Positions 8,974-18,181 are shown, numbered from the stretch's first letter. The stretch is 64,000 bases of DNA from Marinicella sp. (GCA_965230295.1 OZ246001.1:1920001-1984000), one strand, 5' to 3'. Translations and numbers: made by a program. The notes: generated from the letters alone by a model not told the origin.

Positions 8974-10194
8974 ATGAAGGTGAACAGAACAATAAAACAA
9001 CGTGATTTGAAACATCTACGGCGTATGGCTTTAGATGGCCAAGGGTTGATCAAGGCACAGCCATTTGGCAAAGGTATCCATGCTGCACATCGGGTGATCC
9101 GGCATTTAGGTTACGTGCAACTGGACACTGTTTCGGTGGTAGAGCGGGCACACAACCATGTGTTGTATTCAAGGGTACCAGACTTTAAACCTGAGATGAC
9201 CAACCAGTTGTTACAGAAGAGAGACATCTTCGAATACTGGTCACATGCGGCCGCCTTTTTACCGATTGAAGATTTTCGTTTCAGCTTGCCTTATAAACAG
9301 GCCATCAAAAGTGGTCAAACCCATTGGTTTAAAAACCCCGATAAAAAATTGATGGCTGAATTGATGATGCGGATTCAGGCAGAAGGTCCGCTTTGTTCAC
9401 GAGATGTAGAAGCCAAGAGGGAACGAAAATCCAACGGTTGGTGGGACTGGAAACCAGCCAGGAAAGCTTTGGAACAATTGTTCATGCAAGGTGATTTGAT
9501 GGTCTGTGATCGCAGCGGATTTCAAAAAACCTATGACCTCACTGAACGGGTGTTACCTTCACACATCAACACCGAGGTTCCTGGTATCAATGAGATGGCA
9601 GCGCATTTACTGCAACAGCAATTGCACTGTCATGGTGTGGTGTCACTCAAAGGACTGACCTACTTACGCCGCAACGCCCCATTGCGCCAAGCCATGAAAA
9701 ACAGGGTCAATGAACTGTTGGCAGAAAACACTTTAGAAACGGTGGTCTTGAATAGTGGAGAACGCTTTTTTATACCAGCAGGGGCTTTGGATCTACCCAT
9801 GACACGAACCGGTAACAGGGTCAAAATCATGTCTCCATTTGACAACGCAGTGATTCAGCGTGAGCGCCTGAAATCCGTGTTTGATTTTGACTATCAAATT
9901 GAATGCTATGTACCTGCTGATAAAAGAAAGTACGGTTATTTTTGTTTGCCCATACTCTACCGAGATCAATTCATTGGTCGCATGGACTGTAAAGCCCACC
10001 GCAGAGAAAAACATTTGGAAATTAAACATTTGTATTTGGAGCAGACCATAAACGACCAAGACGCCTTTTTAATTGCTTTCGAGAGAGCCATCAAGGATTT
10101 TTGTTTATTTCAGCAATGTTTAAGTGTGTCATTCAGAAAAGTAAAACCAGAGCATATACACCATCAGCTCAATACCCTATTCAACGGAGCATGA
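8974..10194 (+). CDS. ycaQ: YcaQ/AlkZ-superfamily (HTH_42) DNA glycosylase, interstrand crosslink repair
   Basis: QLDTVSVVERAH (QxD motif), FEYWSHAA, WWDWKP, SPFDN and YVPADKRKYGYF. Confidence 0.85.
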   Translation: MKVNRTIKQRDLKHLRRMALDGQGLIKAQPFGKGIHAAHRVIRHLGYVQLDTVSVVERAHNHVLYSRVPDFKPEMTNQLLQKRDIFEYWSHAAAFLPIEDFRFSLPYKQAIKSGQTHWFKNPDKKLMAELMMRIQAEGPLCSRDVEAKRERKSNGWWDWKPARKALEQLFMQGDLMVCDRSGFQKTYDLTERVLPSHINTEVPGINEMAAHLLQQQLHCHGVVSLKGLTYLRRNAPLRQAMKNRVNELLAENTLETVVLNSGERFFIPAGALDLPMTRTGNRVKIMSPFDNAVIQRERLKSVFDFDYQIECYVPADKRKYGYFCLPILYRDQFIGRMDCKAHRREKHLEIKHLYLEQTINDQDAFLIAFERAIKDFCLFQQCLSVSFRKVKPEHIHHQLNTLFNGA

Positions 10195-10227
10195 TAAAAT
10201 ATAGATTCAACAAAACCATAAAGATTG

Positions 10228-10581
10228 ATGAATCAATTGTTTCGCTGGCAACCAGGACCACAATTGTCGGGTTACGACAAAATGCTGTTGTTGGGCAGCC
10301 GTTGGTTGATCAAGTTTGATGTCTATTTATTGCGATTCAATCCGGGCAGTGAAATCAAACCACACACCGATCAGGTCAAAATTGGCAGACATTACCGTTT
10401 AAATTGGGTTCTGAAAAAAGCCAAACAAGGCGGTGAATTTGTATGCGCAGATCCCATCTATGCCAGTAAACGCATCAAACTCTTTCGTCCTGACATCAGT
10501 GAACACAGTGTCACAAAAGTAATCGAGGGCAAGCGGTATTTATTGAGTATCGGCTGGGTAAGAAGACCAAAACAGGAATAA
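10228..10581 (+). CDS. Small 2OG-Fe(II) oxygenase-like protein
   Basis: HxD…H triad (PHTD, EHSV), GGEF, and a distal R-x-x-x-S (RYLLS). Confidence 0.7.
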   Translation: MNQLFRWQPGPQLSGYDKMLLLGSRWLIKFDVYLLRFNPGSEIKPHTDQVKIGRHYRLNWVLKKAKQGGEFVCADPIYASKRIKLFRPDISEHSVTKVIEGKRYLLSIGWVRRPKQE

Positions 10582-10583
10582 TT

Positions 10584-10985
10584 ATGGCTAAATTAATAAC
10601 ATGGGGATGCGGTTTGTTTTTTATTGCGTATGGCATCGGGTTCGTGTTTTTTCCTGAGCTCCTGTCACAATGGATCACTGAAAGTGTTCCTGAAACAAGT
10701 TCAGGGGTCACTGACATGCGAGCCACTTACGGGGGGATGTCTGTTGCCATGGGTCTGACCATCCTGTTGTTGGCAATGCATGAGGGTCAGTTAACCCTGG
10801 CATTGCTGGTCACAGGGCTGGTGTTGTGGTCGATGGCCATTGGACGAATCATTGGCATGGTCATAGATGGAGAACCCAATTGGGTGATGACTATTTACCT
10901 GGTGACTGAATGCCTGTTTGGAGGCCTGGCTTTGTGGTTGTTTGGAGTCGAAAAGAAGAAGGCACCAGGAGGGGACCAAACATGA
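10584..10985 (+). CDS. DUF4345-like membrane protein
   Basis: TDMRATYGG and GRIIG…DG motifs with four TM helices. Confidence 0.7.
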   Translation: MAKLITWGCGLFFIAYGIGFVFFPELLSQWITESVPETSSGVTDMRATYGGMSVAMGLTILLLAMHEGQLTLALLVTGLVLWSMAIGRIIGMVIDGEPNWVMTIYLVTECLFGGLALWLFGVEKKKAPGGDQT

Positions 10986-11389
10986 AAAAAGTCTTTTTTT
11001 ATGGCCTGTTTATGGATCCTGACTTCCTTGAGGAAAAGGGCCATAACCCCAAAAATGTTCAGCTGGTTTATTCAAATGGTTATCAATTGATCATTGGTGA
11101 AAAAGCATCACTCCTACCAAAAGCAGGCGCCAAAGCCTATGGCACAATTATGGATTTGCAGACTGATGAATTAAACCTGTTGTATGCCGCTGAGGGTGTG
11201 CAAGATTACGTCCCTCAAGCGTTGCACGTTCACACCATGTCAGGTAAAAGATTGGAAGTTCTTTGTTACATTTTACCCAAGGATAAAATGGCAGGCAGTA
11301 ACAGTGAATATGCCAGGCAACTTGCAAAAGTGGCTGAACAATTAGGCTTGCCAGAAAGTTACATTGAAGAAATCAAAACATGGGTATAA
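10982..11389 (+). CDS. Gamma-glutamylcyclotransferase family protein
   Basis: VFFYGLFMD N-terminal motif. ATGA overlap with the upstream stop; RBS GGAGG. Confidence 0.75.
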   Translation: MKKVFFYGLFMDPDFLEEKGHNPKNVQLVYSNGYQLIIGEKASLLPKAGAKAYGTIMDLQTDELNLLYAAEGVQDYVPQALHVHTMSGKRLEVLCYILPKDKMAGSNSEYARQLAKVAEQLGLPESYIEEIKTWV

Positions 11390-11429
11390 GTGGGTCACTG
11401 AGGTATGAAATTAATTGGAGGGTAATCGC

Positions 11430-11855
11430 ATGATCAATGAAACCAATCAAGGGGGTTGTCTTTGTGGGGCTGTTCGTTACGAAGTCAAAGGGCCCTTGCG
11501 TGATGTGGTGAATTGTCATTGCTCCATGTGTCAAAGGTTGCATGGTAATTTTGGTCCTCACAGCAAAGCGCGCAAAGAGCACATAACAGTCACCAACGAC
11601 GAAGGGTTGGCTTGGTACAAAACATCCGATACAGCCAGACGCGGCTTTTGTCGCAAATGTGGTTCAAGTTTGTTTTGGGAACCTTTCGAGCTGGATGCCA
11701 CGGGCATCATTGCCGGAACTTTGGATGTGCCAACAGGATTGAAAACCATGGGACATATTTTTGTCAGTGAAAAACCGGATTTCTATGACATCGCTGACGA
11801 CCTGCCACAGTTCGAACAATCCTCTGAAGGTCAGTTAAAGGATGATTACAAATAG
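11430..11855 (+). CDS. GFA (Mss4-like, Zn-binding) family protein
   Basis: GGCLCGAVRY, CHCSMCQR and RGFCRKCGSSLFW. Confidence 0.9.
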   Translation: MINETNQGGCLCGAVRYEVKGPLRDVVNCHCSMCQRLHGNFGPHSKARKEHITVTNDEGLAWYKTSDTARRGFCRKCGSSLFWEPFELDATGIIAGTLDVPTGLKTMGHIFVSEKPDFYDIADDLPQFEQSSEGQLKDDYK

Positions 11856-11925
11856 TTACAGGATGCAAACAAAAAAATAACTTTGTGGTTGTTACCATTG
11901 AGGTCCATCAGAAAAGGAACATTCA

Positions 11926-13605
11926 ATGTACATCAAAGCGTTTATTTTATTGGTGGTGGCAGCCACCCAGACCCATGGACTTTCACTCAGTCATGTATTT
12001 CAAGACCCCGAAACATTCGACCCCAAAGCTTTTGATATGGGGAACTCCCAAACTGTTTTGTTGAATGATCGCATCCTGTTTGCTGGACGGTCTGACCAAG
12101 GTTCTGCCTTGTGGGCACTGGACATCAACACCCTGGAAAAAACCGTGTTGCAAACCGGTTATGCCACCAACGGTCGCATTGAATTCATTCGATTAGGTGA
12201 TGAAGTGTTTTTTAAATTCAACACTGATGTCAACTCAGGCGCCCAGCTTTGGCATTCAGACGGCACTGTGGCAGGAACACAATTGTTCGCAGAAGGCATG
12301 ATGAGCGATTTTGTGCCATTAAAAAAATCAGGTGATGTTTTGATAGGGGTAAGACAAGAGTTTGGTGGCCAAGCCCAGTTGGTGGTGACTGATGGCATTG
12401 ATCTTGTGGTGCATGCTGCAGAACCCACTTATTCTGAGCAAATATGTGCATACAGCCCTGACTTGATCTTGATGCATGACAGCACTGGTGATTTTCCGGT
12501 GTATCGTCGATCGACTTCAACCACATCTGAAGTGTTGGACATACCAGTGCCTGATGATTTTATCAGCTATCAGACCGACCTGGTTTCGCACCATGGAGCT
12601 TGTTATGTGATTGCCTACGATGGCAGCTCCAATCGTGGTGGTGAGTTGTGGGAAATCGAGGCATCAGGCCAGATCAACAACATCAGTGAACGTTTGGATT
12701 TGGACGATCCAATCAAAAATGTGGTCTCCCATGACGGTGGCTTGTACATCAAAACCACAGGCATCAACGCCAAAATCCATTTGTTGAATAACCACCTGAA
12801 CAAAATTTTGGCATCACGAGATTTTTATTTCAGTACTTTTTTGTTTTCTCGTGGGCCTTATCTGGTCAGTATGGCCTTTCCAACCACTTCACCACCGACC
12901 ATCACTTTGGATTTTTTGCGCAGTGATTTATCTGAGTCAGTAGAAACATTTAGCGGGTATCGAGGTCCATCGCCACGTAACCCACCAGATTTTTTTGACA
13001 GCAATGGTCAATGGGTGATGGCCAAGACCACCAGAACAGGTCAGCTTGAACCAATCGAGTCAGTGGTATTTAACCCTTTCGAGACAACCGAAAAAACATT
13101 GAATTTACCGCAAATGACCCGGCATCAAGTGATCTCAGCTACAGATCAGGATCGGCTGTTCGTGTTGTCTTTGGATCAGGAATACAGGGGTACTTTGTTT
13201 GAAGTAGAGGACACACCGAGTATAGGGCCTTCCATTGATGGTAGTTGGATAGACCCAAATCTCAAAAACCAGGGTTTGATGCTCAGAACGGGAGAGCGAC
13301 AAGATGGTTCGGAATACTTGATAGCTACGGTATATACTTTCCAAAACGGACACCCATTCTGGTTGGCTGGTGTGGCCAACATTGAACCCTTGATGAAAAC
13401 CATTTCGGTAGAAATGTTCTCTTTTGACGGTATTGATTTTTTTGAACCTGAAATTCAGCCGGAACAATCGGCATTTGGTCGATTGACTTTGGAGATGACT
13501 GCCTGTCATACATTGGACATGGTGTTAATAGGTGAAAACACCTCAGAAGTACATACCCTTTTGCGGGTGGATGATGTCAAAGCCACGAAGTATTGTACAG
13601 ACTAG
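11926..13605 (+). CDS. Secreted beta-propeller-like protein (one ELWxxDGT-like repeat) with a C-terminal GSW-type domain
   Basis: Signal peptide, QLWHSDGTVAGT, GGELWEI, and C-terminal GSWIDP…QGLML…YTFQNGHPFWL. Confidence 0.65.
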   Translation: MYIKAFILLVVAATQTHGLSLSHVFQDPETFDPKAFDMGNSQTVLLNDRILFAGRSDQGSALWALDINTLEKTVLQTGYATNGRIEFIRLGDEVFFKFNTDVNSGAQLWHSDGTVAGTQLFAEGMMSDFVPLKKSGDVLIGVRQEFGGQAQLVVTDGIDLVVHAAEPTYSEQICAYSPDLILMHDSTGDFPVYRRSTSTTSEVLDIPVPDDFISYQTDLVSHHGACYVIAYDGSSNRGGELWEIEASGQINNISERLDLDDPIKNVVSHDGGLYIKTTGINAKIHLLNNHLNKILASRDFYFSTFLFSRGPYLVSMAFPTTSPPTITLDFLRSDLSESVETFSGYRGPSPRNPPDFFDSNGQWVMAKTTRTGQLEPIESVVFNPFETTEKTLNLPQMTRHQVISATDQDRLFVLSLDQEYRGTLFEVEDTPSIGPSIDGSWIDPNLKNQGLMLRTGERQDGSEYLIATVYTFQNGHPFWLAGVANIEPLMKTISVEMFSFDGIDFFEPEIQPEQSAFGRLTLEMTACHTLDMVLIGENTSEVHTLLRVDDVKATKYCTD

Positions 13606-13608
13606 GGT

Positions 13609-14265
13609 CTAGTTAACAGGCTTGTCTTTGTTCTGACAGCTGCACTTAGGCCCCATAAACAACCGTTCAACAATAATCTCAGCCGCTTTCTGGCTACCGG
13701 CTCTGGAAGGGTGAAAACGGTCTGAAGAATAATATGAATAATCGCCGGTGTTATCGATGTGTTGTTTCCAGTGGTAGCCAACAGGTATCAAGATCGCATT
13801 GTTGGCGTGGGCACCGGCGGTGTAATTGCTGATGACTCCGGGGAAACTGAAATACCTGGGAATTGAAGGCCACACCATAAAATAGGCCAGCTGCGCATTG
13901 TTCTCGGCACACAATCGGGCGTAATCAGCACCGCCATTGACCAACATCTCATAGCCATCAATTTGCGAAGAGGGGCCTTGTTGAATCACCACAAAATCAA
14001 ACGAATTGTTGCGCACCAGGTTTTGTACCCGGCCATCAGCCCAGTGATCGACAATTGCATAGCCATTCTTGACCACCTTCTGGGTATTCACCGTGATCCC
14101 CAAAGTTGCGGCATGCTGCCGCACCAATTTAGGCAAATCATTCGAACCGGTTAAACTGTTGCCCACAAACAGCACATGGTATTCAGGTTGTGTCGATTTT
14201 TTCAAAGCCACATCGGCATATCCCAAATTCCAGATAACCACCAAAGCCCAAAACCAAATTTTCAT
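13609..14265 (-). CDS. Secreted SGNH/GDSL hydrolase
   Basis: LFVGNSLT block I, DRFHPS catalytic DxxH, and a signal peptide. Confidence 0.85.
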   Translation of the reverse strand: MKIWFWALVVIWNLGYADVALKKSTQPEYHVLFVGNSLTGSNDLPKLVRQHAATLGITVNTQKVVKNGYAIVDHWADGRVQNLVRNNSFDFVVIQQGPSSQIDGYEMLVNGGADYARLCAENNAQLAYFMVWPSIPRYFSFPGVISNYTAGAHANNAILIPVGYHWKQHIDNTGDYSYYSSDRFHPSRAGSQKAAEIIVERLFMGPKCSCQNKDKPVN

Positions 14266-14496
14266 ATCTCAATCCACAATAAAAGTATGACAACCAAGAT
14301 ACCGATCAGGAACAAAAAATACCTTCGGGAAAGTTCCTTTTTGATGGATTGCTTCGCAAATGCTTCTTTCCCCTTCGGGAAAAACCGCAATTGCTGTGCA
14401 GAATAAGATGAGCTTTCTGCTGACAAGCTTGCTTGCGAACTGAAAACATGGTGTTCATGTTCGACCTTCTTGCTAATGCCTTTTGGTTTGCTCTTT

Positions 14497-14664
14497 CGTC
14501 ATACCGGCGAAGGCCGGTATCCAGTATCTTTCAGAATGAACACAGAATCATAAAGTCATTCCAATATAGCGATAACCTAACAGACATTGGCAGCAGTTGT
14601 TCCCTACAATTTACTGCATTTCTCATATCCATGTGGGCTGATTGCGGTCTGTGCCGCAACGACG
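14497..14664. repeat. CGTC-type REP arm with a degenerate opposing arm
   Basis: CGTCATACCGGCGAAGGCCGGTATCCAG at 14497 and GATTGCGGTCTGTGCCGCAACGACG at 14640-14664. Confidence 0.7.
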
Positions 14665-15109
14665 ATATTAGTGTACTTTTGAATCATTCAGAAATATTGA
14701 GAAGTATAAGCATGATCAAAATGCACATTAATACCCTTATTATTGAGATAAAAAGCATTGGTGCACATCTAATAAATTGTTCTGCGTAAGATAGAGAGTG
14801 ACTGATTTACCTGAAAATTTACTTTTAAATATTGCAGATTCTGAAATTGAAGTTCTTTATGTTCCACATGAGTCATGGGTACTAAATTTGGCAACGTTGC
14901 CGAATCAATTGAATATAGGAAAAATGCATAACAAGTAAAGGCCACGGATAAACTGCTGTTTTAGGCTTCGTTAGGGCCTTAAAACCATATGAAAGAGCAT
15001 GATCGAAACTGCCCAAAATATGAGGGCAGAGTCGTTGAGCAAAAACGAAGATACATGGGGTTTTTCAACTATACAGGGACATATCTAGCAGGTGGAATAT
15101 CCACGTGAT

Positions 15110-16714
15110 TCACTTTTGTGGTTGATCCTCATAGCCATTCCTAAACACAGTATCATTACCAAACACTATATAGCTGGCTCCCGAATTGGAGTTACCGTTT
15201 ACGTCTGCACGAAAAGCGCCAATAATCACATCATCGATGCCATCACCATTGACATCACCAGCTGCGCTGACAGAAGCACCACTTTCATCACCTGCTGCTG
15301 CACCATTCAGTGCAAAACCATCCCTTCCATCAAGAGCAGACAAATCTACAGGGCCTGAAAGATCACTGGCCCCAAATACCACATAGCTAGTACCAGCATT
15401 GGAATCATTATTTGGATCTGCCAAAGGAGCACCAATAATCACATCATCGATGCCATCACCATTGACATCACCAGCTGCGCTGGCAGAAGTACCACTTTCA
15501 TTATCTGATGGACCGCCGTTGAGTACGAACCCATCAGTTGCATTAAGGTTAGAAAGGTCTATAGAAGCCGAAAAACTACTGGCCCCAAACACCACATAGG
15601 CTTCACCGGCCTCAATCATGCCATTTGGGTTTGCCAAAGGAGCACCGATAATCACATCATCGATGCCATCACCATTGACATCACCAGCTGCGCTGACAGA
15701 AACACCACTGTAATCACCGGCTGCGACGCCATTGATGGCAAAACCATTGCTTCCATCAAGAGTGGTTAGGTCTATTGAAGCAGAAAATCCACCGGACTTT
15801 CCAAACACCACGTAGCTGCTGCCAGCATTGGAATTATTGTTGGGGTCTGCCAAAAGAGCACCAATAATCACATCATCGAAACCATCACCATTGACATCGC
15901 CTGCTGTGTCTACAGAAGCACCACTTTCATCGTAACTACCGGCACCATTGATGACAAAACCATTGCTTCCATCAAGGGTGGTTAGATCTATTGAAGCAGA
16001 AAATCCACCGGACTTTCCAAACACCACGTAGCTACTGCCAGTATAGTAATTATTATTTGGGTTTGTGTAAGGCGCGCCAATAATCAAGTCATCAAAACCA
16101 TCACCATTAACATCACCAGCAGCGCTGACAGAATAACCGCTTTCATCATAAGCTTCCTCACCATTGAGGACAAATCCATTACTCCCATCTAGGCTGGACA
16201 GATCCATAGAAGCAGGAAAATCAGTTCGGCCTAACACCACATAGCTGCTCCCCGAACGGCTACCATTCGGATCTGCCAAAGGAGCACCAATAATCAGGTC
16301 ATCAAAACCATCACCATTAACATTACCAGCAGCGCTGACAGAATAACCGCTTTCATCATTAGCTGCCGCACCATTCAGGACAAAACCATTGACCCCATCA
16401 AGGGTGGAAAGATCCGTGGAAAAAGAAAATCCACCCGTTGTTCCAAACACCACATAGCTTCTCCCCGAACGGCCACCATTCGGAGCTGCGCTAGGCGCTC
16501 CAATAATCAGATCACCAATCCCATCACCATTAACATCACCAGCAGCGCTGACAGAATAACCGCTTTCATCATTAGCTGCCTCACCATTCAGGACAAAACC
16601 GTTGGACCCATCAAGATCAGATGGGTCCAGTTCAGGCAGAAACTGTGCACAGACCGATTGGTGAACCAAGGCCAAAGCGACTGATGCCACCAGCTTTTTA
16701 CGTTTTACTTTCAT
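15110..16714 (-). CDS. Secreted integrin-alpha-like FG-GAP seven-repeat protein
   Basis: Seven repeats of about 69-70 aa, each with AG(D/N)VNGDGxxDxIIGA. Signal peptide, RBS GGAGG, and C-terminal DTVFRNGYE. Confidence 0.9.
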   Translation of the reverse strand: MKVKRKKLVASVALALVHQSVCAQFLPELDPSDLDGSNGFVLNGEAANDESGYSVSAAGDVNGDGIGDLIIGAPSAAPNGGRSGRSYVVFGTTGGFSFSTDLSTLDGVNGFVLNGAAANDESGYSVSAAGNVNGDGFDDLIIGAPLADPNGSRSGSSYVVLGRTDFPASMDLSSLDGSNGFVLNGEEAYDESGYSVSAAGDVNGDGFDDLIIGAPYTNPNNNYYTGSSYVVFGKSGGFSASIDLTTLDGSNGFVINGAGSYDESGASVDTAGDVNGDGFDDVIIGALLADPNNNSNAGSSYVVFGKSGGFSASIDLTTLDGSNGFAINGVAAGDYSGVSVSAAGDVNGDGIDDVIIGAPLANPNGMIEAGEAYVVFGASSFSASIDLSNLNATDGFVLNGGPSDNESGTSASAAGDVNGDGIDDVIIGAPLADPNNDSNAGTSYVVFGASDLSGPVDLSALDGRDGFALNGAAAGDESGASVSAAGDVNGDGIDDVIIGAFRADVNGNSNSGASYIVFGNDTVFRNGYEDQPQK

Positions 16715-16891
16715 AGTTAACCTCCAAATGACATCCTGAAAAGGTTTGAATGTTCACTCTGCATCTATTGCAGATGGTATGAATTTTCAGCACAAAATTT
16801 TCAGTATCAGAATCAGATTCACCCTAATTATGTAAGTTGCAAATAAAAAACACCTGATGAAGGTCTATGCTTTTCCTGATTTCATTGTTGT

Positions 16892-17206
16892 GTGATCAAA
16901 ATTGAATGTCCACTGGTCTATGGAATGTATGACTTGGTATTGGGGCCGTATTCCAAACAATGGAAAAAAGTGAAGTTCCTGGTGGATCATGGCTTTAATT
17001 TTCAAAAAGTGTATCGTAAAGGAGGGGCTGTTTGGTCGCGCGAACGGTACCCACAAAACCTAGAACAGGCCAAAGAATTTGTTATTAAATTCAAGGGTCA
17101 GGCTTTTGATTTTGGTTGGTGGGTCTTGTTGAAAAGAGTTCTGGTTAATCCAAATCCTGATGCCAGAAAAACGTGTCATCCTGAGTGCAGCCAAAGGATC
17201 TCCTGA
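16892..17206 (+). pseudogene. Probable truncated hypothetical gene whose 3' end runs into a REP
   Basis: Protein-like core QWKKVKFLVDHGFNFQKVY…YPQNLEQAKEFV. GTG start with no clear RBS; the stop is supplied by a REP arm. Confidence 0.35.
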
Positions 17207-17275
17207 GTCTGGAGCGTTGTTTAAAAGAAATGCTGGAACGTGTTTGGGAGATTCCTTCACTCGTTCGGAATGACG
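17175..17275. repeat. CGTC-type REP doublet of the GIY-YIG-associated family
   Basis: GTCATCCTGAGTGCAGCCAAAGGATCTCC…GGGAGATTCCTTCACTCGTTCGGAATGACG, similar to 23770-23879 and 24289-24397. Confidence 0.85.
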
Positions 17276-17338
17276 GCATTCATATAGGTGTGTCTATCAA
17301 ATTAGTTTGATTCTTTTGCAAGCTGTTACATCACGCAC

Positions 17339-17368
17339 CTGGATCCCGGATCGGGGTCCGGGATGACG
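17339..17368 (-). repeat. Solo CGTC-type REP arm
   Basis: Reverse complement is CGTCATCCCGGACCCCGATCCGGGATCCAG, the same family as 35413 and 46976. Confidence 0.85.
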
Positions 17369-17548
17369 ATGTTTGGGTTTGTAATAATTGCGGTTTCCCT
17401 GGATGGAAAAGAATTATTAATATTGAGTATTGATCATATGGCAGCTGCCAAATGGAGCTTGTCAGCTGTAGACTCAATTTAAGCTTGGGGAGAGGTTACG
17501 GTTTTAAATTGAATTTGCGTCATAAGCATAAAAAATACCCTTATGACG

Positions 17549-17648
17549 CTGGTTGGCGAGCTTGCGAGCCAGATAAGCGGCTCATCAATGTCTAAGTAGG
17601 GAGTGCGGTTTTCAGCTTTGCTGAAAGAAGCGCTCCCGAATTAAACAT
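17549..17648. other. Structured intergenic element downstream of slyD
   Basis: CTGGTTGGCGAGCTTGCGAGCCAG hairpin, then GGGAGTGC-GGT-TTTCAGC-TTT-GCTGAAA-GAA-GCGCTCCC. Confidence 0.55.
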
Positions 17649-17649
17649 C

Positions 17650-18111
17650 TCAATGGGCGTGCTTATGCTCCATCTCTTCAGCCGTCGCTTCGCGAACTTC
17701 TTCGACTGATACCTTGAAGTGCAGGCGTTGACCGGCCAATGCGTGGTTGCCATCGACAGTGACGACATCATCAACCACTTCGGTGATGGTGACTGGTACA
17801 GGACCTTGTTCAGTTTCGGCTTGGAATTGCATGCCGACTTTGATGTCATCGACGCCTTGGAAAGCAGAACGGGGCACTTTTTGGATCATTTGTTCGTGTC
17901 TTACACCGTAGGCTTCTTCAGGTTCAATCGATACTTCGAATGAATCGCCAACGGCTTTTCCTTCCATGGCTTTTTCTAAGCCGATGATGATGTTGTGTGC
18001 GCCTTGCAAAAATTTCAGTGGGTCGCGGCCTTCAGATGAATCAAGGACTTCGCCCTGGTCGTTGGTTAAGGTGTAGTGCATGGCAACCACACAATCGTTT
18101 TTAATTTGCAT
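17650..18111 (-). CDS. slyD: FKBP-type peptidyl-prolyl isomerase SlyD
   Basis: MQIKNDCVVAMHYTL, VSIEPEEAYG, VDGNHALAGQRLHF and VREATAEEMEH. ATG at 18111 with AGGA RBS. Confidence 0.93.
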   Translation of the reverse strand: MQIKNDCVVAMHYTLTNDQGEVLDSSEGRDPLKFLQGAHNIIIGLEKAMEGKAVGDSFEVSIEPEEAYGVRHEQMIQKVPRSAFQGVDDIKVGMQFQAETEQGPVPVTITEVVDDVVTVDGNHALAGQRLHFKVSVEEVREATAEEMEHKHAH

Positions 18112-18181
18112 GTTATGTCCTGTTTGTATAGTAATCGTGCTGGCCGAATGGCTGAGCCATTCATTCAACGATGAACCCATC

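Noticed and set aside
14433-14789. 118-aa ORF
   Set aside because: It reads through REP arms and AT-rich debris with no RBS or recognisable motif, so it is probably spurious.
17540-17648. Structured element as a hammerhead ribozyme or T-box riboswitch
   Set aside because: TTGATGAG on the minus strand resembles CUGAUGA, but the required GAAA and stem arrangement is missing. There is no T-box UGGNACC sequence or suitable downstream gene.
17650-17700. SlyD lacking the long His/Cys-rich tail
   Set aside because: Short-tailed SlyD proteins are common, and the stop follows the conserved EExxHxH motif normally.
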